Positions 52,380 through 59,944 of a stretch of 64,000 nt of DNA are shown here, in pieces; the stretch's first letter is position 1; the number at the start of each line of letters is the position of its first letter. A model generated the notes under the pieces. That model was not told where the DNA came from. It did no database searches and was given only the letters and a program-made list of their open reading frames with translations. This DNA comes from Phycisphaerae bacterium. Its GTDB lineage: Bacteria; Planctomycetota; Phycisphaerae; Sedimentisphaerales; Anaerohalosphaeraceae. Location: contig JACZKQ010000030.1 of the NCBI GenBank assembly GCA_014859965.1, positions 8,032 to 72,031 of the forward strand. The letters are read 5' to 3'. The position numbers and the translations under genes are program-made.

Positions 52380-52454
52380 AACGTGCAATGCGTTATAACT
52401 GCAATAGCAGCAGGGTCTTAGTGGAAATTTTGAGACTGGCGCATGCTCAGCTTG

Positions 52455-52503
52455 CGTGACATTTGTGTGGCATATTGTTGCTATTTGACATTTTTGTAGC
52501 AAT
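52455..52503 (-). promoter_or_regulatory. Pair of dyad sites (the same motif as upstream of glnN) upstream of the amt sigma-54 promoter
   Basis: GACATTTGTGTGGCATA (52458-52474) and GACATTTTTGTAGCAAT (52487-52503). The spacing is 29 bp and the centres are at about -111 and -140, identical geometry to glnN. Confidence 0.55.
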
Positions 52504-52678
52504 GACGGCCAATAACACGCCGGTCCCGCAGGAGGAAGCCGTCTTCTTGGCGGCTGCTCCGGCGGGACCGGCGAACGGTTCTAAAATTGCTCATGACTCA
52601 AGCGGCTGCTCGGCCGCAGCAGCCTGTGCTTTCCGATTCATGTCACCATCGGGGCCGATTCGGCTTGTCTATTACGGA

Positions 52679-54502
52679 TTAGTGCTCTGTCTGACCATTG
52701 ATTTGTTCCACGGCGGCCTTGACTTCCATCAGGTGCTTCTTCGGCAGGGCGTAATCGGCGCTGATTCGGCCGTTGCGGACGCGCGCCGCGAAGGCGAGAT
52801 TGCTCTCGGTAGCGACATCAACCTTCGGCACGCCCGCACCGCCCATCTTGCCGGCCATGCCCATGCCCATCTGCATGCATCTCACCAGGTTGACCGTCCC
52901 CACCGCATGGGCGCTTCTGGCGTTGCGCAGATAGGACAAAGCCTGGGCCATTTCGCTCGCCGGTTCCTCCGGCCGCGGGCTTTTCACCTGGTCGATCAGC
53001 GCACGGATATCCTTTTCCACGTCGCCGCTGATGGCGTACACCATCAGATCGTCAACAATCGCCCACCGGTAATCCAGACCGTCGCCATACATCGCGCTGA
53101 CCGCCTCATGCATATCCGATTCGCCTTCGGGCGCCTCGAAACTCAAGGTTGCCGAATCGATCTGGACGTCCTTGTAAGTGGCGGCATTACGTTTCGCCGC
53201 AAATTTCATGTCCAGCCCCATCCCTTTATACAGGTCGTTCATCGCGCCTGCACTCATGAGTTGAATCTCTTCATGGAGCACGCGTTTATACGCTTCCGCA
53301 TCTTTGATTTGGGCGAAGTACTTCATCGCAAAGGGCGGCTGAGAATCGGCAGCGGCATCCATCGAGAACGCCACAGCATCGCCGAATGCGTCGAAACTTT
53401 CGCTTGTCAGCTTGCTCAACTTGTCCATGTCCTCCTGCTTAATCGCACCGCCGCTGATCGCTTTGAACACGGTAAACATGTCGTCATAAAACCGCTTCAG
53501 CAGCGGCCTGTCGTTCTTTACGCCAATGTTCATCATCGCGCCATTGCCCAGATACGGCAGAAGAGCGATCGGGCCTCTCGGCGGCGACGAACTGTTCAGT
53601 ATCTGTTCCAATTCCCCGCCTTTCACGGGCACAAGATCGGTCGCAACGCGGCATACCTCGCCGTCAGGCCGTATCGCCCACGTGACGGAATCCACTTCCT
53701 GGAAGACCAGTTTGAACATCTCGACATACATGTCCATCACATTGCCCGCCGATGCCATACCCGCGTTCTCGCCGCTCATCTTCTCGAGTTGGGCTTTGGT
53801 CTTGTCTATGCCCGCGTATACGGTGGGTCCAAACACCTCCCCGACTCGCTGCACGTTGCCGTAGGCCCATATCGGCGCCTGGGCCGACGCCCGCCCGCGG
53901 CGGCGATCCAGCACATCGGCCACGCTTCGGCCGCCGTCGAGCGACCCGGATACGGCGACCACCTTGTCGTAGTAATTTTTGTGCGCGAGGAGGGCGAAGG
54001 ACCCCATCTTGCGGATTAGGCTTATGGGCTTATCGTCGCCGGCGCTAAGCTTCGAAATGCCGTTGTCGTCAGGTGCGGAGGCTCCGGGGTGGTCGCGGAG
54101 GAAGCTCTCGTAATCGGTGACCGGCAGGAGTACGGCCACAAACGCGTTCTTCTTGACGTCCTCGCTCGTGCCCGCCGCTGCGCCGAAGATGACGAAGTCG
54201 CCGTCAAACCGAATGTTCTTCAGCATCGGATCGCCTACGATCTGGGCCAGCGGCATGCGCGCCAGCATGGCCAGGCCCACGGGCACCGGGGCAAGACCTT
54301 CAGCGTACTTGTCGACCGACGCCATGGCGCCGTCGAAGTTGTTGATTCGCACGCAGAACAGGCAATCAGCCGGGACGAATGCCAGCGGATTGTCCGCCGT
54401 CTCCTGGGCCAGAACCGGCAAAACCTGAATGCATAGCAGGCCCGCAACAAGAGTCAACACCAGCGGCCTTCGAGAAATTCTTGAACTGAACATAAGCAGC
54501 AC
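52679..54502 (-). CDS. Secreted hypothetical protein
   Basis: 607-aa ORF with signal peptide LVLTLVAGLLCIQVLPVLAQE. No catalytic motif was recognised. Confidence 0.6.
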   Translation of the reverse strand: MLLMFSSRISRRPLVLTLVAGLLCIQVLPVLAQETADNPLAFVPADCLFCVRINNFDGAMASVDKYAEGLAPVPVGLAMLARMPLAQIVGDPMLKNIRFDGDFVIFGAAAGTSEDVKKNAFVAVLLPVTDYESFLRDHPGASAPDDNGISKLSAGDDKPISLIRKMGSFALLAHKNYYDKVVAVSGSLDGGRSVADVLDRRRGRASAQAPIWAYGNVQRVGEVFGPTVYAGIDKTKAQLEKMSGENAGMASAGNVMDMYVEMFKLVFQEVDSVTWAIRPDGEVCRVATDLVPVKGGELEQILNSSSPPRGPIALLPYLGNGAMMNIGVKNDRPLLKRFYDDMFTVFKAISGGAIKQEDMDKLSKLTSESFDAFGDAVAFSMDAAADSQPPFAMKYFAQIKDAEAYKRVLHEEIQLMSAGAMNDLYKGMGLDMKFAAKRNAATYKDVQIDSATLSFEAPEGESDMHEAVSAMYGDGLDYRWAIVDDLMVYAISGDVEKDIRALIDQVKSPRPEEPASEMAQALSYLRNARSAHAVGTVNLVRCMQMGMGMAGKMGGAGVPKVDVATESNLAFAARVRNGRISADYALPKKHLMEVKAAVEQINGQTEH

Positions 54503-54733
54503 CTCCCTTTAAATGATGTTACGGATGCGGCCCGGTCGCGATCCGGATCGCTTTTCCATTATATCCCTGCGACAAGGACAAACAAGCCCACATACAGACA
54601 AAGACGCCCCAGGCACGAAAACGCTACAAAAAATTTGTTCACCCGTGGCATGGGCATCTTGCCCGTGCTTACTTGCCCTTCGGCGTACGGCCCCGTCAGC
54701 CTGTTACCAGAAAGAAAACCAGCAAACGGCTAT

Positions 54734-54930
54734 CGCATTCTCCGGCATCCCAAACCCAACATGCGGCGACAATGGAGAGCAAAACCGGTTGGGCAGAGGC
54801 CAAAATCAGGAGCATCTGTTCGCCGGGGGGGGGGATTTTGGCCTCTGGGGCCCCGAGCGGTTTTGCTCGGTCCTCCCGGCGCCGGCTGCCCAGCGAGTTA
54901 TGAGGAGAATGCGTGTGCCCTGGCCGCCCG
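54734..54930 (+). repeat. MITE/REP-like palindromic repeat, copy 2
   Basis: TIRs CGCATTCTCC (54734-54743) and GGAGAATGCG (54904-54913). The long hairpin arms are GAGCAAAACCGGTTGGGCAGAGGCCAAAATC and GATTTTGGCCTCTGGGGCCCCGAGCGGTTTTGCTC. The loop carries a G10 run. Confidence 0.85.
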
Positions 54931-54940
54931 CTTCGCAGCC

Positions 54941-54970
54941 TTGACAAGACGCCCCCAAAAAGGGTAGAAT
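54941..54970 (+). promoter_or_regulatory. Candidate sigma-70 promoter of the Tat sugar isomerase gene
   Basis: TTGACA-18 nt-TAGAAT read directly. AAGGAGG lies 7 nt before ATG 55028. Confidence 0.45.
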
Positions 54971-55027
54971 CAGCAACGCCATACCGGCAAATACAGACAA
55001 TGACCCATTACCTAAGGAGGTAAAACC

Positions 55028-55891
55028 ATGCAGCAATCGTCAAGACGAACCTTCATCAAGGCCGCCGCCGCCGTCGGCGCAGCGGCCGCCGTGCCCGGCC
55101 TCACCTTCGCCGCCCCGGCCGACCAACCGAACTCCAAATTCAACGGCGTCCAGATCGGCGTCATCACCTACAGCTACCGCGGCACCCCCAGCTCCGCCGA
55201 AGACCTCCTCGGCTACCTCCTCGCCTGCGGCCTCAGCTCCGTCGAACTCATGGGCGACGCCGCCGAGAAATTCGCCGGCCGAGGCGCCGACGCCATGCAG
55301 AAATACGCCGATCTCCGCAAAATGTACAGCGACGCCGGCGTCAACATCCACATTGTCAAGTTCGGCAACATCGGCGACGCCGGCATGTCCGACGCCCAGA
55401 TCGAACACTACTTCAACGCCGCAAAGGCCCTCGGCGCCAAAGGCATCACCCGCGAAATGGATGAGAACGCCGCCAAACGCCTCGGCTCGCTCGCCGACAA
55501 GCACAAAATCTGGATCGGCTTCCACAACCACACCCAGCTAAAGCCCGACACCTACGACGGCCCAATGCTCTCCCACGGCAAGTACCTCGGCATCAACTTC
55601 GACATCGGCCACTACGTCGCAGGCACCAACTGCTCGCCCATCCCCTTCATCGAAAAGTACAAGGACCGCATCCTGAGCCTGCACCTGAAGGACCGCAAAG
55701 TAAACAACGGCCCCAACATGCCCTTCGGCCAGGGCGACACCCCCGTCGCACTCGTACTCAACTACATGAAGCAGAACAAGCTCACCTTCCCCGCGGACAT
55801 CGAGCTCGAATACAAAGTCCCGGCAGACTCCAACCCGGTAAAAGAAGTAACAACCTGCGTCCAGTTCTGCAAAGCCGCCCTCGGAGCTTAG
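55028..55891 (+). CDS. Tat-exported sugar phosphate isomerase/epimerase (xylose isomerase-like TIM barrel)
   Basis: 287-aa ORF with a Tat signal (SRRTFIKAAAAVGAAAAVPGLTFA), followed by an AP_endonuc_2-type barrel (IGFHNH, NFDIGH, SLHLKD). Confidence 0.8.
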   Translation: MQQSSRRTFIKAAAAVGAAAAVPGLTFAAPADQPNSKFNGVQIGVITYSYRGTPSSAEDLLGYLLACGLSSVELMGDAAEKFAGRGADAMQKYADLRKMYSDAGVNIHIVKFGNIGDAGMSDAQIEHYFNAAKALGAKGITREMDENAAKRLGSLADKHKIWIGFHNHTQLKPDTYDGPMLSHGKYLGINFDIGHYVAGTNCSPIPFIEKYKDRILSLHLKDRKVNNGPNMPFGQGDTPVALVLNYMKQNKLTFPADIELEYKVPADSNPVKEVTTCVQFCKAALGA

Positions 55892-55894
55892 CTG

Positions 55895-55964
55895 CCGCAC
55901 CCAAGTGCGGCGGGTTGCAAGTGCAACGGGTTGTTAGCCCCCGCACGGAAGTGCGGCGGGTTGC
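55895..55964. repeat. Two 24-bp hairpin-containing direct repeats downstream of the isomerase gene
   Basis: CCGCAC-CCAA-GTGCGG-CGGGTTGC (55895-55918) and CCGCAC-GGAA-GTGCGG-CGGGTTGC (55941-55964). A related GTGCAACGGGTTGT lies between them. Confidence 0.7.
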
Positions 55965-55976
55965 GTTCGCAGTAAC

Positions 55977-56022
55977 AAAACACAAAAAGGGTCAGGCCCA
56001 GCCGCAAGGCAAGGCCTGACCC
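55977..56022 (-). terminator. Rho-independent terminator of the LamG/ricin gene (hairpin usable from both directions)
   Basis: GGGTCAGGCC-14 nt-GGCCTGACCC. On the minus strand it is followed by TTTTTGTGTTTT. Confidence 0.7.
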
Positions 56023-56046
56023 TCTTCACGTATCACGCAGGCACGA

Positions 56047-58197
56047 TCACTCCACTCTGCTCAGCCACTCGCCTGCCAGAATAGCAAAATCCTCCATATC
56101 CACCGAGCAGTCGCAGTTCAGATCCCCGTCACACGAATCCGTATTCCGCCACCGCTCGGCCAGCGCCGCAAAATCACGCAGATCGACAACGCCGTCCGCC
56201 TCCACGTCGCCGACTAACGCGTGTTCCAGAAACAATTCCCATATACGCTCTGAGTTCAGCGGCCGGTCGTAAATCCGCACCTCGTCAATCTGTCCCTCGA
56301 AGTAGCGCTGACTTGCAACAAAAACGCCTATCCGTACATTCTGGTACGCCTCCGTGTGGACAGGTCGAGCACTCCACGCACTGAGCGCATCCCGGCGGCC
56401 GTCAACATACAGCTTAGCATCGGCGATGTCGGCGCACTCATCGTCTTCAATAACCACGGCCGCGTGATGCCACAGACCGTCATTGATGATCGCTGTTCCT
56501 ATGGCGTACCCTCCCTGCACCTCGACACGGAGCCGTCCGCTCTCATCCACCCGAACAATCCACTTCCTGCTCCTTGCTTCCCGCCCCCAACTGAGGATTT
56601 CGCCTGACACCTGCGTCGTCTTGATCCACGCCATGCACGTACGCCCCGCATCCCCGATAACACCGGAATAACCGATGACCCGGACCGAATCGTCAACCCC
56701 GTCGAACGAAAGCCCGCCGCACCGCTTGCCGGCCCCCCAACTGCCTTCCTCCATGTTCACGCAAGTCCCGTTCCGCCCGTAACCCGATGCGTCGACGATT
56801 GTCGTACCCCCGCCCTCGTCGAACCGCCAATGCGCCGCCGCACCAGGCGCGCCCTCGATGATCAAAGACGATGCCCGGTCATTCCACCCTTCGTCTACAA
56901 AACAATCGTCGTCGGACGTCCTGACAAGCATCGGCCCTTGGAAATTGTTGTAGTCGAACAACGTCACCGTATACCCGGGAGCAACCTTGATCGATGAAGC
57001 GTCATTGTTCCCCACCCCTGACGCCGCCAGGTCCGCTGTTGTATAAGCCCCCACGCCCAATCCCGCCATCCAGCCGCCATAACTGCAGTGCTGAAACAGC
57101 TTTGCCGCCGCCGCCACATTGACACGAACGACGCTGTAGCTTTCAGCCCCGCCGGCGTTGGTGAACGTGACAACATAGTTGCCCGACTCGCGCGTACGAA
57201 GATGCTCCAGCGTCACAACGCGTCCCGTCGCACTGAAGCCGTTGGGGCCCGTCCATTGCCACATCCCGTCGCCCGGCGCCTCGCCCTTCAGCATCACGCG
57301 GTCCCCTCCCTCCGCAGTCGTCCGGTCCGTCTGATCCCACCGGCCCCCCTCATCCATCGACACATACGGCGTAATCGAAGTAGGCGCCGTGTATCCCGCC
57401 AACCGCCACTGCTGGGCGACCAGGTCCGCTTCCGTTGTATTGGTCACGACCTGCGTATTGTTCGCAGTCCCCGAAAAACGAGGCTGCATCGATTTGCCGC
57501 TCAGCCGGTTCTGAATATTGAAGTACCCGTTGCCCAGATCGATCAAACGCCACTGCTGCGCATACTGCCTCGCATCGGCCCGGTTGATAACCACAGTCGT
57601 ATTGTCGGCAGTCTGGCTGCCCAAAGGCTCCACTGCCTTGTCCGACGACCAGCTTCGTATCGTGTAATAACCGTTGCCCTGATCCGTCAGCGCAAGCATC
57701 TGCGACGTGGACGTCGAGCTGATATCGTAGAGCACCACGCCGGTCCCGTCGGCCGTCTGCGACGCATACACTCGCAAACACCGCCCCGACGCACGATTCA
57801 CGATATTCACATAAACCGGCGCAGCCCCGCCAACCGTACCCGCCATCTTCCACAACGCCCGCGCCGCGGACGCATTGTCGATCAATCCGTTCGAAGGCGC
57901 ACCGCCCACACGATCCCAGCTCGTCGGATAACGCCCCGTCGCCGCATCCCTGCCGTTGACATAAAGATACTCCAGGTACCCCGCCGCGATATTGAGCCAG
58001 TGCCGATTCCGGTCGACCTCATAAAGCGCCACATACGCATTCGTCATGTCGTGGCCGCCCCACTTGCCCGTCTGCTTCAGGGCATGCGTGTCCTTGTTGA
58101 CAAACTCATGCTCCATCGCCGCCCCCATCACCTGCGCTTCCTGCAGGTAACTGTCATCCCCCGTCAGCCGGTAAAGCAGCAGCGCCGCCTGCGTCAT
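56047..58197 (-). CDS. 5'-truncated multidomain glycan-binding protein (probable pseudogene remnant). Domains: GH76-like (alpha/alpha)6 C-terminal remnant, ricin-B/CBM13 repeats, Ig-like, beta/gamma-crystallin-like, LamG/ConA-like, dockerin-like
   Basis: QQWRL QxW motifs occur twice. LamG-like HWRFDEG...LYVDG...IDEVRIYDR. C-terminal DVEADGVVDLRDFA...DCSVDMEDFA. There is no signal peptide, and only ~130 aa of the hydrolase-like barrel remain. The open frame stops 21 nt upstream of the ATG, at the IS110 boundary. Confidence 0.7.
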   Translation of the reverse strand: MTQAALLLYRLTGDDSYLQEAQVMGAAMEHEFVNKDTHALKQTGKWGGHDMTNAYVALYEVDRNRHWLNIAAGYLEYLYVNGRDAATGRYPTSWDRVGGAPSNGLIDNASAARALWKMAGTVGGAAPVYVNIVNRASGRCLRVYASQTADGTGVVLYDISSTSTSQMLALTDQGNGYYTIRSWSSDKAVEPLGSQTADNTTVVINRADARQYAQQWRLIDLGNGYFNIQNRLSGKSMQPRFSGTANNTQVVTNTTEADLVAQQWRLAGYTAPTSITPYVSMDEGGRWDQTDRTTAEGGDRVMLKGEAPGDGMWQWTGPNGFSATGRVVTLEHLRTRESGNYVVTFTNAGGAESYSVVRVNVAAAAKLFQHCSYGGWMAGLGVGAYTTADLAASGVGNNDASSIKVAPGYTVTLFDYNNFQGPMLVRTSDDDCFVDEGWNDRASSLIIEGAPGAAAHWRFDEGGGTTIVDASGYGRNGTCVNMEEGSWGAGKRCGGLSFDGVDDSVRVIGYSGVIGDAGRTCMAWIKTTQVSGEILSWGREARSRKWIVRVDESGRLRVEVQGGYAIGTAIINDGLWHHAAVVIEDDECADIADAKLYVDGRRDALSAWSARPVHTEAYQNVRIGVFVASQRYFEGQIDEVRIYDRPLNSERIWELFLEHALVGDVEADGVVDLRDFAALAERWRNTDSCDGDLNCDCSVDMEDFAILAGEWLSRVE

Positions 58198-58218
58198 AAC
58201 CCCCGTTTGATACCCCAG

Positions 58219-58467
58219 TCAATCATGTCCCCCGCGGGGACACCCGGAAGAATGAAAAGGGCTTCGAGTTTGGATATACTGGTCTTCGGAGGGCCCGCGA
58301 TGGACCGAGGCCGTACCTCTGTGGTGCCGCGAGCTCGCGCCCCAGTCTGGTCTGGGCATCGCCATGAACCCAGGACTGTCGCCTCCCTTGTTGGGATGAG
58401 CACGCAGAGCAGACTGTCTGCTTTTCGATGTCCTCCATCGCAGCGGGCCGTTATAAGGAGACCGACA
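58219..58467 (+). ncRNA. Candidate IS110 bridge (guide) RNA region in the 5' leader
   Basis: Its position matches the IS110-subgroup architecture. It contains hairpins (GTCCCC-GC-GGGGAC; CCCAG-TCTGGT-CTGGG; GCAGAC-T-GTCTGC). It also contains CCCCAGTC (58340-58347) and CAGAGCAGA (58405-58413), which are identical to the left and right junction sequences. Confidence 0.35.
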
Positions 58468-59706
58468 ATGGAAGCGATTTATGACAGTGTGTGCGGCCTG
58501 GACGTGCATAGCGCCAGCGTTCAGGCGTGTGTGCGTTGGCGCAGCCAGGATGGACGCACCCTCCAGGAACTGCGTTCCTTTGGCACGATGACGCGGGACC
58601 TGCTTGGGCTGGCGGATTGGATGAAGGCCAAGGGGGTTACGCAGGTGGCGATGGAATCGACGGGGGTATACTGGAAGCCGATCTATAACATCCTTGAGGG
58701 CCATTTTACGGTCCTTCTGGTCAACGCCCAGCACGTCAAGCACGTGCCCGGCCGGAAGACCGACGTCAAGGATTGCCAGTGGCTGGCCCAGTTACTGCAA
58801 TGTGGCCTTTTGAATGCGAGCTTTGTGCCGGACCGGCCGCAACGAGACATGCGCGACCTGACGCGGCACCGAGCGCAACTGGTGGCTCAGCAGGTTGCGG
58901 TAGTCAACCGAATTCACAAGACGCTGGAGGACACGAACATCAAGTTGGGACTGGTGGCCTCGGACATTCTGGGGGCCAGCGGTCGGGACATGCTGCGGGC
59001 GCTGATCGACGGCCAACAAACGCCGGAGCAGATGGCGGAACTGGCACGGTGCCGGCTGCGCAAGAAGATCCCCACCCTCCGCGTTGCTCTGCAAGGTCAT
59101 GTGACGGACCATCACCGCTTTGTCCTGGCCGAACTGATGGATCAACTGCAGGACCTGGAACGTCGCATCGAGCGGTTCAGCCAGCGAATCGAGGAGATCA
59201 GCGGCCCTTTTAAAGCGGCAATCCAAGCGGTCATGACGGTGCCGGGGTTTGAGCGACGGGCGGCGGAGAATCTGATCGCAGAGATCGGCATCGATATGTC
59301 CCGATTCCCGACGGCCGGGCATCTGGCCTCTTGGGCGGGCATCTGCCCGGGCAGCCATGAAAGCGCCGGCAAACGCAAGAGCGGCAAGACGACCCGCGGC
59401 AGCCGATGGCTGAAAGCGACCTTGGTGCAGGCGGGTTGGGCGGCAACTCATAAGAAGAATTCGTCTTACCAGGCGCAATATCGTCGTCTGGCCGGCCGGC
59501 GCGGGAAAAAGCGGGCTCTGGTCGCCGTGGGGCACTCGTTGTTGGTAACGGTTTATCATATGCTGTCCAGAGGCTGCGCGTATAAGGAACTCGGAGGTGA
59601 TTACCTTGACAAACGCCAATCCGACTCGGCGGTCAAGCATCACATCCGGCGTTTGGAAAGCTTGGGCTACAAGGTAACCGCGACACGCATGGAGTCCGCC
59701 GCGTGA
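58468..59706 (+). CDS. IS110-family DEDD transposase/recombinase
   Basis: AAGGAG lies 8 nt before the ATG. MEAIYDSVCGLDVHSA..., AMESTGVYWKP, GRKTDVKDCQWLAQLL, and the C-terminal SWAGICPGSHESAGKRKSGKTTRGSRWLK. The 872-aa track ORF is this gene fused to an upstream antisense shadow. Confidence 0.9.
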   Translation: MEAIYDSVCGLDVHSASVQACVRWRSQDGRTLQELRSFGTMTRDLLGLADWMKAKGVTQVAMESTGVYWKPIYNILEGHFTVLLVNAQHVKHVPGRKTDVKDCQWLAQLLQCGLLNASFVPDRPQRDMRDLTRHRAQLVAQQVAVVNRIHKTLEDTNIKLGLVASDILGASGRDMLRALIDGQQTPEQMAELARCRLRKKIPTLRVALQGHVTDHHRFVLAELMDQLQDLERRIERFSQRIEEISGPFKAAIQAVMTVPGFERRAAENLIAEIGIDMSRFPTAGHLASWAGICPGSHESAGKRKSGKTTRGSRWLKATLVQAGWAATHKKNSSYQAQYRRLAGRRGKKRALVAVGHSLLVTVYHMLSRGCAYKELGGDYLDKRQSDSAVKHHIRRLESLGYKVTATRMESAA

Positions 59707-59718
59707 TTCTTTTCAGAG

Positions 59719-59839
59719 CAGAGACCAAAATCCCCCCCCGGCGAAAAGATGCTCCCGATTTTGGCCTCTGCCCAAACGGTTTTGCTCTCCAAGCTCGCCG
59801 CAGGGCGGGTTTTGGGATGCGGACGTCCGGCGAATGCGA
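59719..59839 (-). repeat. MITE/REP-like repeat, copy 3 (inverted orientation, truncated by the IS110 element)
   Basis: The reverse complement aligns with the 5' ~120 nt of copies 1 and 2, from TCGCATTCGCCGG to GATTTTGGTCTCTG. The remainder of the element is missing. Confidence 0.8.
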
Positions 59840-59944
59840 CAAGCCCTGATGATACCAGGTTTTCGCGTGCGTTTGGCGGGGTCTGGCGGTAAAATCGTGT
59901 AATTGCACGTGGAACGCACTTTGTCTGGAAAAGGAGAGGTTGTC

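Larger units (their letters stand above)
58219..59718 (+). mobile_element. IS110-family insertion sequence (~1.5 kb; ends +/-5 bp)
   Basis: Contains a DEDD/Transposase_20 recombinase gene with a 249-nt 5' non-coding leader and a 7-12-nt 3' end. The left flank is the broken GH76-like ORF and the right flank is the broken MITE-like repeat. No terminal inverted repeats were found, as is typical of IS110. Confidence 0.8.

Noticed and set aside
43400-54019. Many long plus-strand ORFs opposite gltB, glnN, amt and the 607-aa gene (for example 46144-47319, 49014-50294 and 52463-54019).
   Set aside because: - They are Arg/His/Pro-rich and low-complexity, with no motifs.
- Each fully overlaps a well-supported minus-strand gene.
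- This is the typical stop-poor antisense frame of GC-rich DNA.
54640-54670. TGGCAT-N7-TTGC string upstream of repeat copy 2, resembling a sigma-54 promoter.
   Set aside because: - The GG-to-GC spacing is 14 rather than 12.
- No appropriately oriented gene follows.
55040-55900. Two long minus-strand ORFs (55040-55531 and 55538-55900) opposite the Tat isomerase gene.
   Set aside because: - Gly/Ala/Val/Asp-rich antisense shadows caused by the extreme C-ending codon usage of the plus-strand gene.
- The plus-strand gene has a Tat signal, an SD and catalytic motifs.
57088-58467. The first ~460 codons of the 872-aa plus-strand ORF (57088-59706), which make the IS110 transposase appear much larger.
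   Set aside because: - This part is Arg/Pro-rich antisense shadow of the LamG/ricin gene.
- The genuine transposase starts at ATG 58468 behind AAGGAG, with the conserved GLDVH N-terminus.
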